A stretch of DNA of 24,000 nt. It comes from Actinomycetes bacterium (GTDB taxonomy: Bacteria; Actinomycetota; Actinomycetes; Nanopelagicales; Nanopelagicaceae). The stretch spans positions 14,555 through 38,554 of the forward strand of contig JANYDL010000034.1 of assembly GCA_025363635.1 (NCBI GenBank), written 5' to 3'. Positions 22,894-24,000 of the stretch are shown here, in pieces. The notes under the pieces were generated by a model. That model saw nothing but the letters and a program-made list of their open reading frames with translations. It made no database searches and had not been told where the DNA came from. The stretch's first letter is position 1, and each line of letters opens with the position of its first letter. The translations under genes were made by a program, and so were the position numbers.

Positions 22894-24000
22894 ATGGAAT
22901 TTGGCACCAGGCTCCGGGAGTTACGGGAGAAGGTTGGACTTACCCAAGCTGAACTAGCCGAGGGGATCGCTGCCTCGAGTTACATCTCCCTTCTCGAATC
23001 TGGCAAACGCCAACCCCAAGCGGAGATGGTTGCAAAGTTCGCAGAACGGCTAGGAGTCGATAGTGAAACCCTTTCCGTAGATCAAGATGCCCAAGTCGTT
23101 TCGCTCAATCTAAATTCTGCAAAGGTTGCCTTAAGTTCTGGCGACTTGGGACTTGCTCGCGATTATGCCTCGCAAGTGATTGCCGCTTCTGTATTTCATG
23201 ATTCCTCATGGTTAGCCGCATCTGTGATTTTATTGCAGGTCAAATCTCGTGAAGGAAATTTTGAAGGCGTCCTGGATGAATTAGAACAATTGTTTAGAGT
23301 TAACGCCGACACTTCGCCAGAGTTGATGGCTCGAATCGGTAACGAAATTATTCGTGTGTGTTTTAGATCCGGAAATCTAGGCATGGGTGTACAACGCGGA
23401 GAAGAGTTGTTACGCGATTATGCGAGCGCATGGGCTGAGACTGAAGTTGTTGAACTCATGTGTCAGTTGGGTAATTGTCATTTTCATCGCGGAGACACTC
23501 CCCGAGCAATGGAAGTTGTGCGTCGTGCACTTGAACTGGCAGAGAAATGTCGTTCGCCAAAAGCAATGGTGCAGTCTTATTGGCAGTCATCAGTTCTAGC
23601 GGAGAGCCAAGGCAATTTAACTCTGGCACTAAGCCAAATAAATAACGCGATTTATTGGACAAAGTTGGCCGAACTTCATCAAGTTCTACCGATCCTCAAC
23701 GACAATGCTTCTAAGTGGATGTTGGATCTTCCAAATCCTGATCTTGAGAAGATTCACAGTTTGGCAGAAGCGGCTTATTTGGATCTTGCTTCGCAAAACA
23801 ATCCGACGAGCGCGGCATATACATGTATCACTCTCTCTGAAGTTGAATTACGACAAGGTAAGTTGGAAAGCGCCTTGATGTATGTGCGTAAAGGCCTTGC
23901 CGAACTTCCTGCAGGAGTTCCCGGACCGCGCACTAGCCTTATGTCGCAAAAAGCAAAAGTCCTTTTCCGCATGGGCAAAATCGAAGAGTCAAAGTCACAA
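22894..24000 (+). CDS. XRE-family helix-turn-helix transcriptional regulator with a long helical TPR-like C-terminal region; 3' end outside the window
   Basis: This ORF is not in the ORF track because it never reaches a stop. I translated it by hand: ATG 22894, preceded by AAAGGGAAG, is open for 369 codons to the window edge. The N-terminus MEFGTRLRELREKVGLTQAELAEGIAASSYISLLESGKRQPQAEMVAKFAERLGV is a textbook HTH_3/XRE domain. The remaining 300+ residues are repeated amphipathic helix pairs (for example ALELAEKCRSPKAMVQSYWQSSVLAESQGNLTLALSQINNAIYW and TLSEVELRQGKLESALMYVRKGL), consistent with TPR-like repeats. Confidence 0.8.
   Translation, partial: MEFGTRLRELREKVGLTQAELAEGIAASSYISLLESGKRQPQAEMVAKFAERLGVDSETLSVDQDAQVVSLNLNSAKVALSSGDLGLARDYASQVIAASVFHDSSWLAASVILLQVKSREGNFEGVLDELEQLFRVNADTSPELMARIGNEIIRVCFRSGNLGMGVQRGEELLRDYASAWAETEVVELMCQLGNCHFHRGDTPRAMEVVRRALELAEKCRSPKAMVQSYWQSSVLAESQGNLTLALSQINNAIYWTKLAELHQVLPILNDNASKWMLDLPNPDLEKIHSLAEAAYLDLASQNNPTSAAYTCITLSEVELRQGKLESALMYVRKGLAELPAGVPGPRTSLMSQKAKVLFRMGKIEESKSQ

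Noticed and set aside
1-24000. Scan for tRNA/rRNA genes, CRISPR arrays, IS elements, integrases and toxin-antitoxin pairs
   Set aside because: Intergenic spaces are nearly all under 60 nt, and the longest are only about 100-170 nt. I saw no T-loop GTTCGAATC-type sequence, no spaced direct-repeat array, no terminal inverted repeats flanking a transposase-like ORF, and no recombinase motifs in any listed ORF.

Overview
The window reads as a very compact chromosomal core region of a moderate-GC actinobacterium. Supporting markers are an HrdB/SigA-type principal sigma factor, SepH (DUF3071), a SAM-IV riboswitch and the rplS-lepB-rnhB-yraN-comM-dprA block. Genes are packed tightly: many start/stop overlaps (ATGA, GTGA), convergent genes whose ends touch or overlap, and no visible intrinsic terminators. 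I found no tRNA, rRNA, CRISPR array, IS element or integrase. Left to right the window holds a 5'-partial DUF4192-like gene, a SAM-IV riboswitch with metX, sigA/hrdB, and a CDGSH Fe-S protein. Next come a small Cys-motif protein, a ParE-like topoisomerase IV B subunit, and then a long minus-strand gene string: psuG, psuK, a ParC-like A subunit ending at the boundary of its C-terminal domain, a YjjI-like glycyl-radical enzyme, and its radical-SAM activase. After that are an AlkP-family phosphodiesterase, sepH, an MFS transporter, an IMPase/SuhB, rplS, lepB, rnhB, yraN, comM/yifB, dprA and era. The right end (about 21.97-24.0 kb) looks accessory. Two loci deserve a second look. (1) At the right edge, an XRE-HTH regulator with a long helical TPR-like C-terminal region runs off the window and is therefore absent from the ORF track. 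It sits divergent to an unlisted 48-codon ORF with the best Shine-Dalgarno in the window and a clean Sec signal peptide. A secreted Cys-containing protein of unknown function follows that ORF, and a triplicated CTTTAC motif lies in the shared promoter region. This layout resembles RRNPP-type peptide signalling cassettes, which are essentially known from Firmicutes. (2) A YjjI/activase glycyl-radical pair of unknown function is wedged, with almost no intergenic DNA, between parE and a parC gene that lacks the whole C-terminal DNA-wrapping domain. All family assignments come from reading motifs in the translations. No database search was possible.
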